From contig CAWJEN010000006.1 of the NCBI GenBank assembly GCA_963841915.1, positions 640,001-704,000 of the forward strand: a stretch of 64,000 nucleotides of DNA, given 5' to 3'. Of the stretch, positions 46,751-56,382 are shown piece after piece. Numbering within the stretch: position 1 is the stretch's first letter; each line of letters opens with the position of its first letter. Under the pieces are notes generated by a model, which saw nothing but the letters and a program-made list of their open reading frames with translations, had not been told where the DNA came from and made no database searches. Made by a program: the position numbers and the translations under genes. This DNA is from an uncultured Planctomycetota bacterium. GTDB taxonomy: Bacteria; Planctomycetota; Phycisphaerae; Tepidisphaerales; Tepidisphaeraceae.

Positions 46751-48232
46751 ATGCGCCGTCTCCTCACCTGTGCCATCCTGGCCATTGCTGCAAGTCCAGT
46801 GCTGGCCACGCCTCCTAACGTGATCGTGATCCTGGCCGACGACATGGGGTACTCCGATGTCGGCTCGTTCGGCTCAGAAATCTCGACGCCGACGCTCGAT
46901 CGCTTGGCCGACAAAGGCTTGCGTGTCCGCCGTTTCTACAACTCAGCCAAGTGCGTCGAGACTCGCTCGTCCTTGCTGTCGGGACGTCATTGGCAAACGG
47001 TCGGCCCGGGCATTCAGAAGGGCAAAACGGTCGCCGAGCACCTTCAAGAGGGCGGCTACCACACCATCGCTGCCGGCAAATGGCACCTTCAAGGAGAGCC
47101 GACCGAGCGGGGCTTCGACCGGTACTTTGGCCACCTCAGCGGGGCGACGTCATACTTCCGAGGCGACGGCAGCTTCCGCCGCGACGGTGAGGAATTCAAC
47201 GTACCTGCCGAAGGCTTCTACACGACGACGGCCTTTGCCGAGTACGCCATCGAGGCCCTCGAAGCCAACGAAGATCAGCCGTTTTTTCTGTATCTCGCAT
47301 TCAACGCACCGCACAGTCCGCTGCAGGCTTTGCCCGAGGACAAGGCCAAATACGACGGTCGCTACGCGATGGGCTGGGACACACTTCGCGAGCAACGGCA
47401 TGAGCGGCAGATAAAGCTCGGCGTCGTCGATGCTGCCGCACCAATTCCGCCGCGTCCGGCGACGATTCCGGCCTGGGAGACGCTGAGCGATGAGGAACAG
47501 GCCTTCGAAGCCAACCGCATGGCGGCGTACGCGGCATTGGTAGATCGCATGGATCAAGCGATCGGCCAAATCGTCGAGCACCTCGAAGCGACAGACCAAC
47601 TCGATAACACGCTGATCCTGTTCCTCAGCGACAACGGTGCGTCGCCGTACGACCGGACGCCGCGCCCTCAGAATCCGCTCGAGAGGGTGCCGCACAATGT
47701 GGGTCTGGGCTGGGCCTGGGCGACCAACACGCCGTTTCGCGACTACAAGCGGAACATGACCAACGGCGGCCACGCATCGCCGCTCATCGCCCACTGGCCC
47801 GCGGTCATCACCACCGGCGGCAACATCATCGACGGCTCCGGACACATCATCGACATCGCCCCGACACTGCTCGATCTGGCCGGGGTCGAGACAGCGGTCG
47901 CGTCGGACGGTGTGAGCCTGCGACCGATGCTGGCGGGCGAGGTTTGGCCGCCGGAGCGTCCGCTGTTCTTCCAGTTCGTCGACCACCGGGCCGTCATCGA
48001 CAGCGACATGAAGCTTGTCTCCAACTGGGGTCGGCCGTGGATGTTGTTCGACCTGAAGGCCGACCCAGCCGAGGCGAATGACCTTGCCGCCGAGCGGGAA
48101 GATGAGGTTGATCGGCTCAAGAAGCTGTACGAAGGCTGGGCAGCCGTGACGCCGCAACCGGGCGTCAAGAATTCGACGCCCGAACCCGCGTATCGCCCGA
48201 TGGACGTTGCTGGTGAAGTCTTTGTCGAATAG
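46751..48232 (+). CDS. arylsulfatase (S1)
   Basis: PNVIVILADDMGYSD, CVETRSSLLSG, GKWHL and SDNG motifs. Confidence 0.93.
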   Translation: MRRLLTCAILAIAASPVLATPPNVIVILADDMGYSDVGSFGSEISTPTLDRLADKGLRVRRFYNSAKCVETRSSLLSGRHWQTVGPGIQKGKTVAEHLQEGGYHTIAAGKWHLQGEPTERGFDRYFGHLSGATSYFRGDGSFRRDGEEFNVPAEGFYTTTAFAEYAIEALEANEDQPFFLYLAFNAPHSPLQALPEDKAKYDGRYAMGWDTLREQRHERQIKLGVVDAAAPIPPRPATIPAWETLSDEEQAFEANRMAAYAALVDRMDQAIGQIVEHLEATDQLDNTLILFLSDNGASPYDRTPRPQNPLERVPHNVGLGWAWATNTPFRDYKRNMTNGGHASPLIAHWPAVITTGGNIIDGSGHIIDIAPTLLDLAGVETAVASDGVSLRPMLAGEVWPPERPLFFQFVDHRAVIDSDMKLVSNWGRPWMLFDLKADPAEANDLAAEREDEVDRLKKLYEGWAAVTPQPGVKNSTPEPAYRPMDVAGEVFVE

Positions 48233-48401
48233 CCCTGACGCATTTAAGGGCTAGCCCTGAGCAACACCGATAGGTCAAGGCGCTACTGCTTGTTTGCGAG
48301 CACCTTTGTAGCGAACTGGCGGACCGCGCGTCCATCTGTTAGTATCCTCGGCCGTCTGCTCGAGGAGGAGTGGCACGTTTTCGCTCGGTCGTTTCGGCGA
48401 T

Positions 48402-48413
48402 CGGATTAGTCCA
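48402..48413. promoter_or_regulatory. putative GntR operator (autoregulatory)
   Basis: CGGATTAGTCCA, 2 mismatches from TGGACTAGTCCA. Confidence 0.55.
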
Positions 48414-48426
48414 TCGAGGAGGACCT

Positions 48427-49614
48427 TTGTCGAAACACCGCGACATCAGCGAAACCCTGACGCAAGCCATCCGCAGCGGCGAGTTGGCTCCAGGCGACAA
48501 GTTACCGGCCGAGCGTGAACTGGCCGAAAGGTTCGGCGTTCACCGCATGACTGTGCGGCAGGCGACGACCACGCTCGTTACGAACGGGCTCGTCGTCAAG
48601 CGTCTCCCGGCCGGTGTCTTCGTTCGTACCGACGCAGACGTAGCCGCCAAGCGACGACTCAACATCGTTTGCCCGGCCGGAGACCTCGCCCAGGCCAGCG
48701 CCTTCATCGCCGAGGGCATCGTGCAAAGCGAAGCCGACGATCGAACGGCCCGCGTGCTTCGCTTGTACCCAGGCGACGAGCATCTGGCCGTAGAGGCGAT
48801 GGCCTCGAGTGATCCGACCCTTCTGATCGGACTTGAGATGGATCGTCGCGGTCCATTGCTCCGTGAGGCCAAACGGGCCCGTGACCGCACCGTCGTCATC
48901 GGCAGTCGAATGGACGACGCTGGCATCGCGTCGGTGGTCGGTGACGACGAGATGGGCCTACGACTGGCCGTCGAGTATCTGCACGGCAAGGGGCACGAGC
49001 GGATCGCACTCGTCTGCTCGCTGCCGGGTGAGCACAATCCGCTCATGGAAGTGCAGGTTCAGCAGTTCCGCCACGCCGTCCACGTGGTCGGCAGCGGTGA
49101 CGCCCGGCCGCGGGAGGTGTTGCGCCTCGACCCTGAGATCTTCAAGCGGGGCACCATTCCGGCGGCGGCGGCGGCGGTGGAGGCCTACTGCAAACGCAGC
49201 CGCAGACCGGCCACCGCCTTCATCGGGCTCTCCGAAGACGCAACCCACGGTACCGCGTCGGCCCTGCATCAGCTCGGCCTCCGCGTGCCCCAAGATGTCT
49301 CGCTGCTCGGCTACGCCGGCACGCCTCTATCGGCCTATGCCATCCCGCCGCACACGATCATCGACATCGGCATCAAGGGGCACATGCAGGCGGCCTTGGC
49401 TTGGATCAAGGCACACGAACTAAAGCTCGATTCCGACGATCTTCCGCCGCTTCGCCAGCGGATCACGCCGACGATCATCGAGCGAAGCAGCGTGGCTGAG
49501 GTCGCAGAAACCCCCCGTGGTCACGGCGGACTGGGTGACAGTCGAGCCGGAGCAAACGATAACGCGGCAAGTGACATCCGCAGGAGTGCGACGCGGCACC
49601 TAGCCGCCCGCTAA
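48427..49614 (+). CDS. GntR-HTH / LacI-type sugar-binding-domain regulator
   Basis: IRSGELAPGDKLPAERELAERFGVHRMTVRQA; C-terminal GHERIA and GLRVPQDVSLLG. GAGGAGG RBS before TTG 48427 (the ORF track starts at 48370). Confidence 0.88.
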   Translation: MSKHRDISETLTQAIRSGELAPGDKLPAERELAERFGVHRMTVRQATTTLVTNGLVVKRLPAGVFVRTDADVAAKRRLNIVCPAGDLAQASAFIAEGIVQSEADDRTARVLRLYPGDEHLAVEAMASSDPTLLIGLEMDRRGPLLREAKRARDRTVVIGSRMDDAGIASVVGDDEMGLRLAVEYLHGKGHERIALVCSLPGEHNPLMEVQVQQFRHAVHVVGSGDARPREVLRLDPEIFKRGTIPAAAAAVEAYCKRSRRPATAFIGLSEDATHGTASALHQLGLRVPQDVSLLGYAGTPLSAYAIPPHTIIDIGIKGHMQAALAWIKAHELKLDSDDLPPLRQRITPTIIERSSVAEVAETPRGHGGLGDSRAGANDNAASDIRRSATRHLAAR

Positions 49615-49639
49615 CAAACGTTGTTTGAAGAGTTTGAAC

Positions 49640-51703
49640 ATGAAATCCATCTTCCTGTGGTGCTGCTGCGCCGTCTTCTTGCTTGCTGCCACATCTCGTG
49701 CGCAAGGTCTGCCAATCGTTCGCGTGACGCAGGACGCCATCGAGATCGAATTCGACAAGACGGAGGTCGACCAGCAACTGGTGTCGCTCGGCCTTTACGA
49801 AGCCGATGACGCAGCCGGCCTGCTGGACATGATCGTCCCGGCTGGCACAACGCGTCTCAGCCTCGACCGCATCGCGCCCGACGGCAGCGATCGCCTGTAC
49901 CGCCGCTTCGTGCTGCGACAGGACGGCGTCAATGCATTCGACCCACAGTTCGTAACCGACACGTCGGCCCTTGCTACCAACGACAGCGACCTGACGTGGC
50001 CCAAGGGCATTAAGGGCGTTTCGTGTCCCGTCGACGTGAGCGATTTGGTCGAGCTCGGCATCGAGCACATCCACACGAACGTCAGCATCAGCAAAGCGTT
50101 CCTGCCAGAGGGCACGCAAGCCGCGGATGAGGCGTTTCGCGTCGAGCACGACGGCTACACGTTCCACTTCAACAAGAGCTTCTGGGTCGCAACTGATCGC
50201 GAGATTCAGGAGCTGACCGCTGCGAACATCAACGTCGTCACGGTCATGCTCAACCCGTTCGTCAAGGACGCGGGCTTGACCGAGCTGCTGACGCATCCCG
50301 AGGCCGACGAATCGGGCTACTACAGCGCCTATCGCATCGACAATCCGGAGTCGGTCGCCCGATTCGCGGCATTCTTCGAGTTCTTTGCAGACCGCTACAC
50401 GAAACCGGGCTTCCCGCACGGCAAGGTCGGTGGGATCATCGTCGGCAACGAAGTCGATTCGCACTGGACGTGGCACAACATGGGCCGTACCGATGTGGAC
50501 ACCGTCGCCGAGCATTACGGCCGCGAGCTTCGCCTGGTGCAACTTGCGGTGCGGTCGGCCCACGCTGAACTGCCGATCTTCGCGTCGCTGACCCACTCGT
50601 GGACGTGGCCCAATTCGCTCGACCTCGAACGCAACGTCGCGGGTAAAGAGCTTTTCGACAAGCTCATGTCGATCGGCAAAGCAGGCGGAGACTTCAACTG
50701 GCATCTGGCGTACCACCCGTACCCGTCGAACCTGTTCAAGCCGGCCTTCTGGAACGACCGTATCGCCGTCTTCGGTCACGACACGCCGCAGATCACGTTC
50801 AAGAACGTCGAGGTGCTCGGCGATTATCTGAATCAGCCGGCCCAGCAATACGAGGGTAAGACGCGGCGCATCATCTTCAGCGAGCAGGGCCTCGACGCCG
50901 GAAAAACTGCCGAAAGTGAAGAGCTTCAGGCGGCAGCGCTGGCACTGGCCTGGCGGAAGATCGAGGCGATGGAGAGCGTCGACGCTTTCATCCTGCACCG
51001 CCATCTCGACCACCCCAAGGAGGGCGGGCTACGGCTCGGGCTGCTCAAGCTCGACAGCAACGACGAGACAAAGATGATGGACAAGTCGCTGTGGAGCCGT
51101 CGCCCGGCCTGGCACTTGTTTCAGGCGGCGGGAACCGAAGATTTCAACAAAGCCGCGCTGCCTTACCTGGCGCAGATCGGCCGCGAAAATCTGCTCAAGG
51201 CTCGTGCTCCAACGTATATTCCCGAGTCGGCACCGGTCGACATGGGCAAGAAGCGAAGCGAAGACGTGGTCGTCAGTCTGCCGACCGTGGCAGGCAAGGC
51301 GACGGTGCAGAACCATCTCGCCTGGGGCCGGCGAATGTCTGACCTGCCGGATGGCGGGGTGCGGGAGTCAATCCTGCTTCACCCGACGCAGTCTGACGAA
51401 CCGGCCGAGGCCACCTTCGAGCTGACGCTTCCCCAGGCGAACAAGCTGACGCTGCTCCTAACCACCGGCAAACAGGCGGCAGGTGGTGACGGCTACACCG
51501 TCGAGATCCTCGCCAACGGCCAGTCGCTGCTGACGCACAACCAGCCCGATCAGGCAATGGTTGATCACGTCATCGACCTGTCGTCGATGGTGGGCCAGTC
51601 GTTGACCCTCGTGTTCCGCGTCTCCAAGAACGCTAACGAGCGGTACGACGGCGCGCTCATGATCGACCCGCGCATCATCCGCGGCGAAGGGGGCGGGCAA
51701 TGA
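49640..51703 (+). CDS. DUF5722-like secreted clan GH-A protein with C-terminal beta-sandwich
   Basis: Signal peptide; IVGNEVD, WHLAYHPYP, ITFKNVEVL and IIFSEQG motifs. Confidence 0.75.
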   Translation: MKSIFLWCCCAVFLLAATSRAQGLPIVRVTQDAIEIEFDKTEVDQQLVSLGLYEADDAAGLLDMIVPAGTTRLSLDRIAPDGSDRLYRRFVLRQDGVNAFDPQFVTDTSALATNDSDLTWPKGIKGVSCPVDVSDLVELGIEHIHTNVSISKAFLPEGTQAADEAFRVEHDGYTFHFNKSFWVATDREIQELTAANINVVTVMLNPFVKDAGLTELLTHPEADESGYYSAYRIDNPESVARFAAFFEFFADRYTKPGFPHGKVGGIIVGNEVDSHWTWHNMGRTDVDTVAEHYGRELRLVQLAVRSAHAELPIFASLTHSWTWPNSLDLERNVAGKELFDKLMSIGKAGGDFNWHLAYHPYPSNLFKPAFWNDRIAVFGHDTPQITFKNVEVLGDYLNQPAQQYEGKTRRIIFSEQGLDAGKTAESEELQAAALALAWRKIEAMESVDAFILHRHLDHPKEGGLRLGLLKLDSNDETKMMDKSLWSRRPAWHLFQAAGTEDFNKAALPYLAQIGRENLLKARAPTYIPESAPVDMGKKRSEDVVVSLPTVAGKATVQNHLAWGRRMSDLPDGGVRESILLHPTQSDEPAEATFELTLPQANKLTLLLTTGKQAAGGDGYTVEILANGQSLLTHNQPDQAMVDHVIDLSSMVGQSLTLVFRVSKNANERYDGALMIDPRIIRGEGGGQ

Positions 51704-53339
51704 GTCCGCTTCCGTACAAAATCCCGCAGACTGCAATGTCATCGTCACGCGTCTCGCTGACGACGCGCATCGGCTGGGGATTCGGCGGCGTGGCCGACAA
51801 CTTTATGGCCAACACGCTGTTCGTGCTCGGCATGATCATCTACGTCACGGCCTTCAACATGCCGGCCGGCCTCGCGGGGCTGGCGCTGTCGATCCCGCGG
51901 TTCGCCGACGCGATCACCGACCCGCTCATCGGCAACTTCAGCGACAACTTCAAAAGCCGCTGGGGCCGACGTCGCCCGCTCATGGTCGTCGGGGCGATCG
52001 GGTCGGCGATCCTGCTGCCGATGTTCTGGTTTCCGCCGATGCTGAGCACGGTGCAGAACCCGTGGTACAGCAACGTGCCGTTCTGGTGGATGGCAATCCT
52101 CGGGTCGCTCTACTTCCTGTTCTACACGCTGTTCATGGTGCCCTACACGGCGCTGGGCTTCGAGCTGACAGACGACTACGACGAACGGACGAAGGTCCTG
52201 GCTTGGCGGATGTACCTTGGCCTCTTCGCGAGCATGACGGTTCCCGCGCTCTACTGGGCGTGCCGGCAGCCGGTCTGGGGCGGCGAAGTCAACGGCGCGA
52301 TCGGGGTCAGCGTCATCCTCAGCTTCGTGATCCTGGCTACAGGGCTGGCCCCGGTCTTCACCACGCGGGAGAGAGTTCGTTTCTCGTTGATCGTCCCGCG
52401 ACCGAGGAGAAGCCGGCCTTTGCGCTGGAGGCGTCCGACTCGATCGAGTACGAGTCGAACGCGCTCGACTACAGGAATAAGGAGCAGGCGGCACTCGGCA
52501 TCCTGCCGGCGATCGGCTACACGGTGCAGAATAAGGCCTTCGCCATCCTGCTCGTCGCGTACCTCGCGGTCATCATGGGCCTGATGACCGCCGGGACAAT
52601 TGGCACCTTTGCCCTCATCTACTACGTCTACCAGAACGTCCCGACCGTCGACCTCGCCAAGGATCATGCCTCGCTGCTCGGCCTCATCGCGGGCATCCTC
52701 GCGGCGCTGACGGCATACGGCTCGATGTTTCTTGCAAGCCGACTCTCCCGCGTTACCGGCAAAAAAGCGGGCATGCTGATGGGCCTCTGCTTCATGCTCG
52801 TCGGTACGATCGCGGTCTGGTGGCTTTACAACCCGAACCTGACTTTCAACGAACCCGGATTCGGGCCGAGCCAGTGGCTCAGCGACAGGACCGGCATCGC
52901 CCCCGAGACGTTCAAGTGGGGCGTGCTGGTCGCTGTCTTTGTCGGGGCACTCGGCGGGCAGGGGTGCTGGCTGATGATCGACTCGATGACAGCTGACGTG
53001 TGCGACGAGGACGAACTGATCAGCGGTCGGCGGCGTGAGGGCATGTTCAGCGCTGTGCAAGGCTTCGCCCGCAAGATGGCGGTCGCGCTGACGGTGTTGT
53101 TCGGCGGATACCTGTTGGAATTCGTTGGCTTCGACGCCGCCAAGGCGGAGCTGGCCGGTGGGGTGTCGCCGGAGGTCAACCAGCGGATGCTGCTCGTCCT
53201 GATCTTTTGCCAAGGCGGCGGCCTCGTGCTGGCGATCATCGGCTTCCTGTTCTTCCCGATCACCCGGGCCAGGGCAGAAGAGACCGCCGCCAAGTTGCGA
53301 GCTCGTCGAGGAGGCTCGTCTACCGCCACCACGGTGTGA
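51700..53339 (+). CDS. GPH/MFS sugar transporter, frameshifted at about 52385
   Basis: N-half DAITDPLIGNFSD...WGRRRP and PYTALGFELTDDYDERT; C-half ADVCDEDELISGRRREGMF in another frame. Confidence 0.85.
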
Positions 53340-53372
53340 CGGCCGGCACGACGCAACAGCCAGGCGCAACGA

Positions 53373-53408
53373 AACGCCCCCGGCAGATGAATGCCGGGGG
53401 CGTTCTTT
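53373..53408. terminator. bidirectional intrinsic terminator
   Basis: AACGCCCCCGGCA...TGCCGGGGGCGTT-CTTT between convergent genes. Confidence 0.8.
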
Positions 53409-53429
53409 GGCTAGGCTGTGAGTTGTCGA

Positions 53430-54044
53430 TCAGCGACGGCGACGCAGCATGGCCAGGCCACCGAGCCCGAGTGCGGCCAGCGATGTCGGCTCCGGCACGT
53501 TCGTCAGGCGAACGTAGTCGAGCTGGAAGGTGTTGCCGATCGAGGCGGGCAGGTTGCCCGGATCGATGCGGTAACCTTCGATGACGCCGGTGCCGATGGG
53601 GCTGAAATCGAGCGCGTTCAGGTCGATCGAGTAGTCGACGAACGTGTTGTCGGGGCCAAGGTCACCAGTGACGGAGACGATGTTGCCGCTGACGGCACCA
53701 TTGGCATCGCCTTCGGACTCGTAGAACACGACGGTGTAGGTGGTCGGGTCGTCGTTTACAAAGTCGACAAGCAGGCGGAACTCGAGGGTGTCGTACTCGC
53801 CGACTTCGAAGCTGAAGTTATCGCCGTTACCGTCGCGGAAGCGACGAAGCTGAGCGTCACCGCTGGTGGTGGTGCCTGAGTAGACGCCACCGGCAACGGT
53901 GTCACCTGCAACGCGGTCCATGAAGTCAATAAAGCCTTCGGTGTCGCCGGGGGTATCGAATTCGACGAGGTGAGCTGCCTGCGCGGCCTGAGCGGCAGAC
54001 AGTGCAACGGCACCGGCAGCGAACATTGAGAGAGTGGTCTTCAT
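53430..54044 (-). CDS. PEP-CTERM protein with putative carbohydrate-binding beta-sandwich
   Basis: AGGAGG RBS, signal peptide, YRIDPG, VPEPTSLAALGLGGLAMLRRRR. Confidence 0.9.
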   Translation of the reverse strand: MKTTLSMFAAGAVALSAAQAAQAAHLVEFDTPGDTEGFIDFMDRVAGDTVAGGVYSGTTTSGDAQLRRFRDGNGDNFSFEVGEYDTLEFRLLVDFVNDDPTTYTVVFYESEGDANGAVSGNIVSVTGDLGPDNTFVDYSIDLNALDFSPIGTGVIEGYRIDPGNLPASIGNTFQLDYVRLTNVPEPTSLAALGLGGLAMLRRRR

Positions 54045-54080
54045 TACAAATCCTCCTGGAGATCGGTCTGACGCACTGCA

Positions 54081-54092
54081 GGGGCTAGTCCA
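54081..54092. promoter_or_regulatory. putative GntR operator
   Basis: GGGGCTAGTCCA upstream of the PEP-CTERM gene. Confidence 0.55.
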
Positions 54093-54235
54093 ACTAGCTC
54101 TGCTTCCATTCGGTAGGGCAAGATGTCGCCCGGCCAAACGTGCGCCAGTGTGGAATCTACTGCGCCCAGCCACGTTGGTCAACCACTTTCTCGACGATCT
54201 GCGGCAGAACACGAAGAACGTGCTGCGTGTATGGG

Positions 54236-56182
54236 CTAGTTCTTGGTGTCCGCCGCTTCGGTATGGCTGGTCGTGAACCGCCAGCCGTAGGCAGCGTTAC
54301 GCTCCTGGTGCAGGCGGTTCATTCGGCCGTCTGGCCCTTGCACCCGCAGCACGTCGTTGTCCCACAGCAGGTAATACATCGACTCCGGCTCGAGCAAAGG
54401 CGTCTGGTCGAAGACCAGCGTTCGTGGGCCGCTCAGGTGGGCAGGTGTCGGATCGACCACCCAGACCGGCTCGACCTGTCCGTATTTCATGAGTCTGATG
54501 GTGCCGTCCATACCGACGCCTTTCTCGTCCTTGAACTCGATGTCACCAATAAAGGTCATCGTCAACTTGGCGTCGAGCGGAGCGTCTGGTTCGCTCATCT
54601 TGGGTGACACGCTGGCCAAGCCGGGTGGCATGCGTTGGTGCATCCAGTAGAAGGTCTCGCCCCGCGGCTGATTCCAGTCGGCCGGCACGTTGCCTGCTTC
54701 CTCGACGAAGGCGTCCCAGATCGCGATCATCTCCGCGAGCTTTTGTGGGTTGGATGCCGCGAGGTTCTTCGTCTCGGTGCGGTCGGTTTCAAGGTCGTAC
54801 AGCTCCCACGGGTTGGTGAACATGCTCGCCAGCTTCCACCGGCCGTCGACGATGCCGCGCGTGTAGGAGAAGCTGGAAATGAACCGGTCATACCCAGGCG
54901 CATCGGCGTCAACAAACATCGGCTGCAGCGGCTTGCCCGCGACGGGTCGCTCCTGACCGGTCGGTTCGTGCGTCACGCCTGCCGCCTGCAGGATTGTGGG
55001 ATACAGATCCCAGACCCGAACGTTCTGGTGGAGCAACGTTCCCGCTGCCGTCTCGATGCCGGCGGGCCAGCGGACGATGAGCGGGGCCGCGATGCCGCCC
55101 TCGTGGCCTGCGTGCTTGTACCACTTGAAGGGGGCGTTATTCGCGTACGCCCAGCCGTTGCTGCCGGTGAACCGCTCGTACGCGTGGCTTGTCGAGCGAT
55201 CCCACGGCAGGGCGTCAAAATTGGTGTCAATGCCGACAAAATCTGCGCCGTTGTCGCTTGCGAAGATGATCAGCGTCTCGTCGAGTATGCCCTTGGCTTC
55301 AAGGTGGTCGAGCAGGTCGCCGGTCTTCTCGTCAAGCCTGTCGATCATGCCTGCGTAGGCGGCCTGCTTGAGAGTCTCGAGCTTTTGCTCCTGCTGCGTC
55401 AACAGGTGCCAAGGTTCGACGTCCGAGGTCGGCGGTGGGAACGTGTTGTCCGGGCCGATCAGGCCGAGCTTGATGAGGCGCTCGATTCGCTGTGTGCGGA
55501 TCGGCAGCCAGCCGTCGTTGTAGACGCCGCGGTCGAGGTACTTTCGAATGTTGGCCTCCGGGGCCTGCAACGGCACGTGCGGAGCGTTGTGCGCGAGGTA
55601 GACGAAGAACGGTTCGTCGGCATCGAGTGCCGAGTCAATCTCTTCGATGGCGTAGTCGGTGAAGGCGTCGGTGGAGTAGAAGTCGCTCGGCACGTCGACG
55701 AAGGGCTTGCCGTCTTTGATCCAATCGGGTCCGGCCTCGAAGCAGTTGGTTTGCCCGCCGAGGAAGCCGAAGAAGCGGTCGAAGCCGTTGTGCTCGTCGG
55801 TGGGCGTGCCGGCAAGGTGCCACTTGCCGACGGCGATGGTGCGGTAACCGGATTGATTGAGCACATTGGCCAGCGGGCGAGCTTGCGTCATCGCCTGCTT
55901 CCCGGCGAGGTGGTACTCCATGCCGCTGAGCAGGGCAACGCGGCTGGTGACGCACATGGTCGTCGTGCGGTAGTGGGAAAACTGCAGTCCTTCTGCGGCG
56001 AGGTCGTCGAGAACAGGCGTGTCGATCTCACCGCCGTAGACGCCTAGATCGGAATACCCAAGATCGTCGGCGAGAATGACGATGACGTTGGTCCGCTCAG
56101 CCGCCGACGCCGAAGCGTTTGGCAGGCAGGTTGAGAGTAAGGCCGCAGCAAGCGCGGCCACAGCGGGCAGAAGGCGAGACAT
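54236..56182 (-). CDS. arylsulfatase (S1) with C-terminal Ig-like (Big_5-like) domain
   Basis: NVIVILADDLGYSD, CVTSRVALLSG, GKWHL and SDNG motifs; C-terminal SVSP...LTMTF...WRFTT. Confidence 0.92.
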   Translation of the reverse strand: MSRLLPAVAALAAALLSTCLPNASASAAERTNVIVILADDLGYSDLGVYGGEIDTPVLDDLAAEGLQFSHYRTTTMCVTSRVALLSGMEYHLAGKQAMTQARPLANVLNQSGYRTIAVGKWHLAGTPTDEHNGFDRFFGFLGGQTNCFEAGPDWIKDGKPFVDVPSDFYSTDAFTDYAIEEIDSALDADEPFFVYLAHNAPHVPLQAPEANIRKYLDRGVYNDGWLPIRTQRIERLIKLGLIGPDNTFPPPTSDVEPWHLLTQQEQKLETLKQAAYAGMIDRLDEKTGDLLDHLEAKGILDETLIIFASDNGADFVGIDTNFDALPWDRSTSHAYERFTGSNGWAYANNAPFKWYKHAGHEGGIAAPLIVRWPAGIETAAGTLLHQNVRVWDLYPTILQAAGVTHEPTGQERPVAGKPLQPMFVDADAPGYDRFISSFSYTRGIVDGRWKLASMFTNPWELYDLETDRTETKNLAASNPQKLAEMIAIWDAFVEEAGNVPADWNQPRGETFYWMHQRMPPGLASVSPKMSEPDAPLDAKLTMTFIGDIEFKDEKGVGMDGTIRLMKYGQVEPVWVVDPTPAHLSGPRTLVFDQTPLLEPESMYYLLWDNDVLRVQGPDGRMNRLHQERNAAYGWRFTTSHTEAADTKN

Positions 56183-56224
56183 GCGGTCGATCCTACCACG
56201 CATTCGATGAAGAAAACTGGTCGC

Positions 56225-56236
56225 CGGAGTAGTCCA
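56225..56236. promoter_or_regulatory. putative GntR operator
   Basis: CGGAGTAGTCCA in the divergent sulfatase promoter region. Confidence 0.55.
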
Positions 56237-56322
56237 TAAGGGCGCGGGGCCGGCAGTGATCTATCTTGACACCGAAGAACCTACCGATTACTGTCGGTGT
56301 ATCAGGTTCAACCCGTCCGCTC

Positions 56323-56334
56323 TGGACTAGACCA
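56323..56334. promoter_or_regulatory. putative GntR operator
   Basis: TGGACTAGACCA upstream of the sulfatase at 56383. Confidence 0.65.
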
Positions 56335-56382
56335 TCAGGTGAAAGTCGAGTCGGGTCCTACTAACGCTGGAGGAGCGTTTTG

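Noticed and set aside
49475..51013. Long antisense ORFs (this one, and 18804-20243, 20966-22363, 36091-37410, 40262-41524, 54635-56047)
   Set aside because: Shadow ORFs opposite well-supported genes, typical of high-GC DNA.
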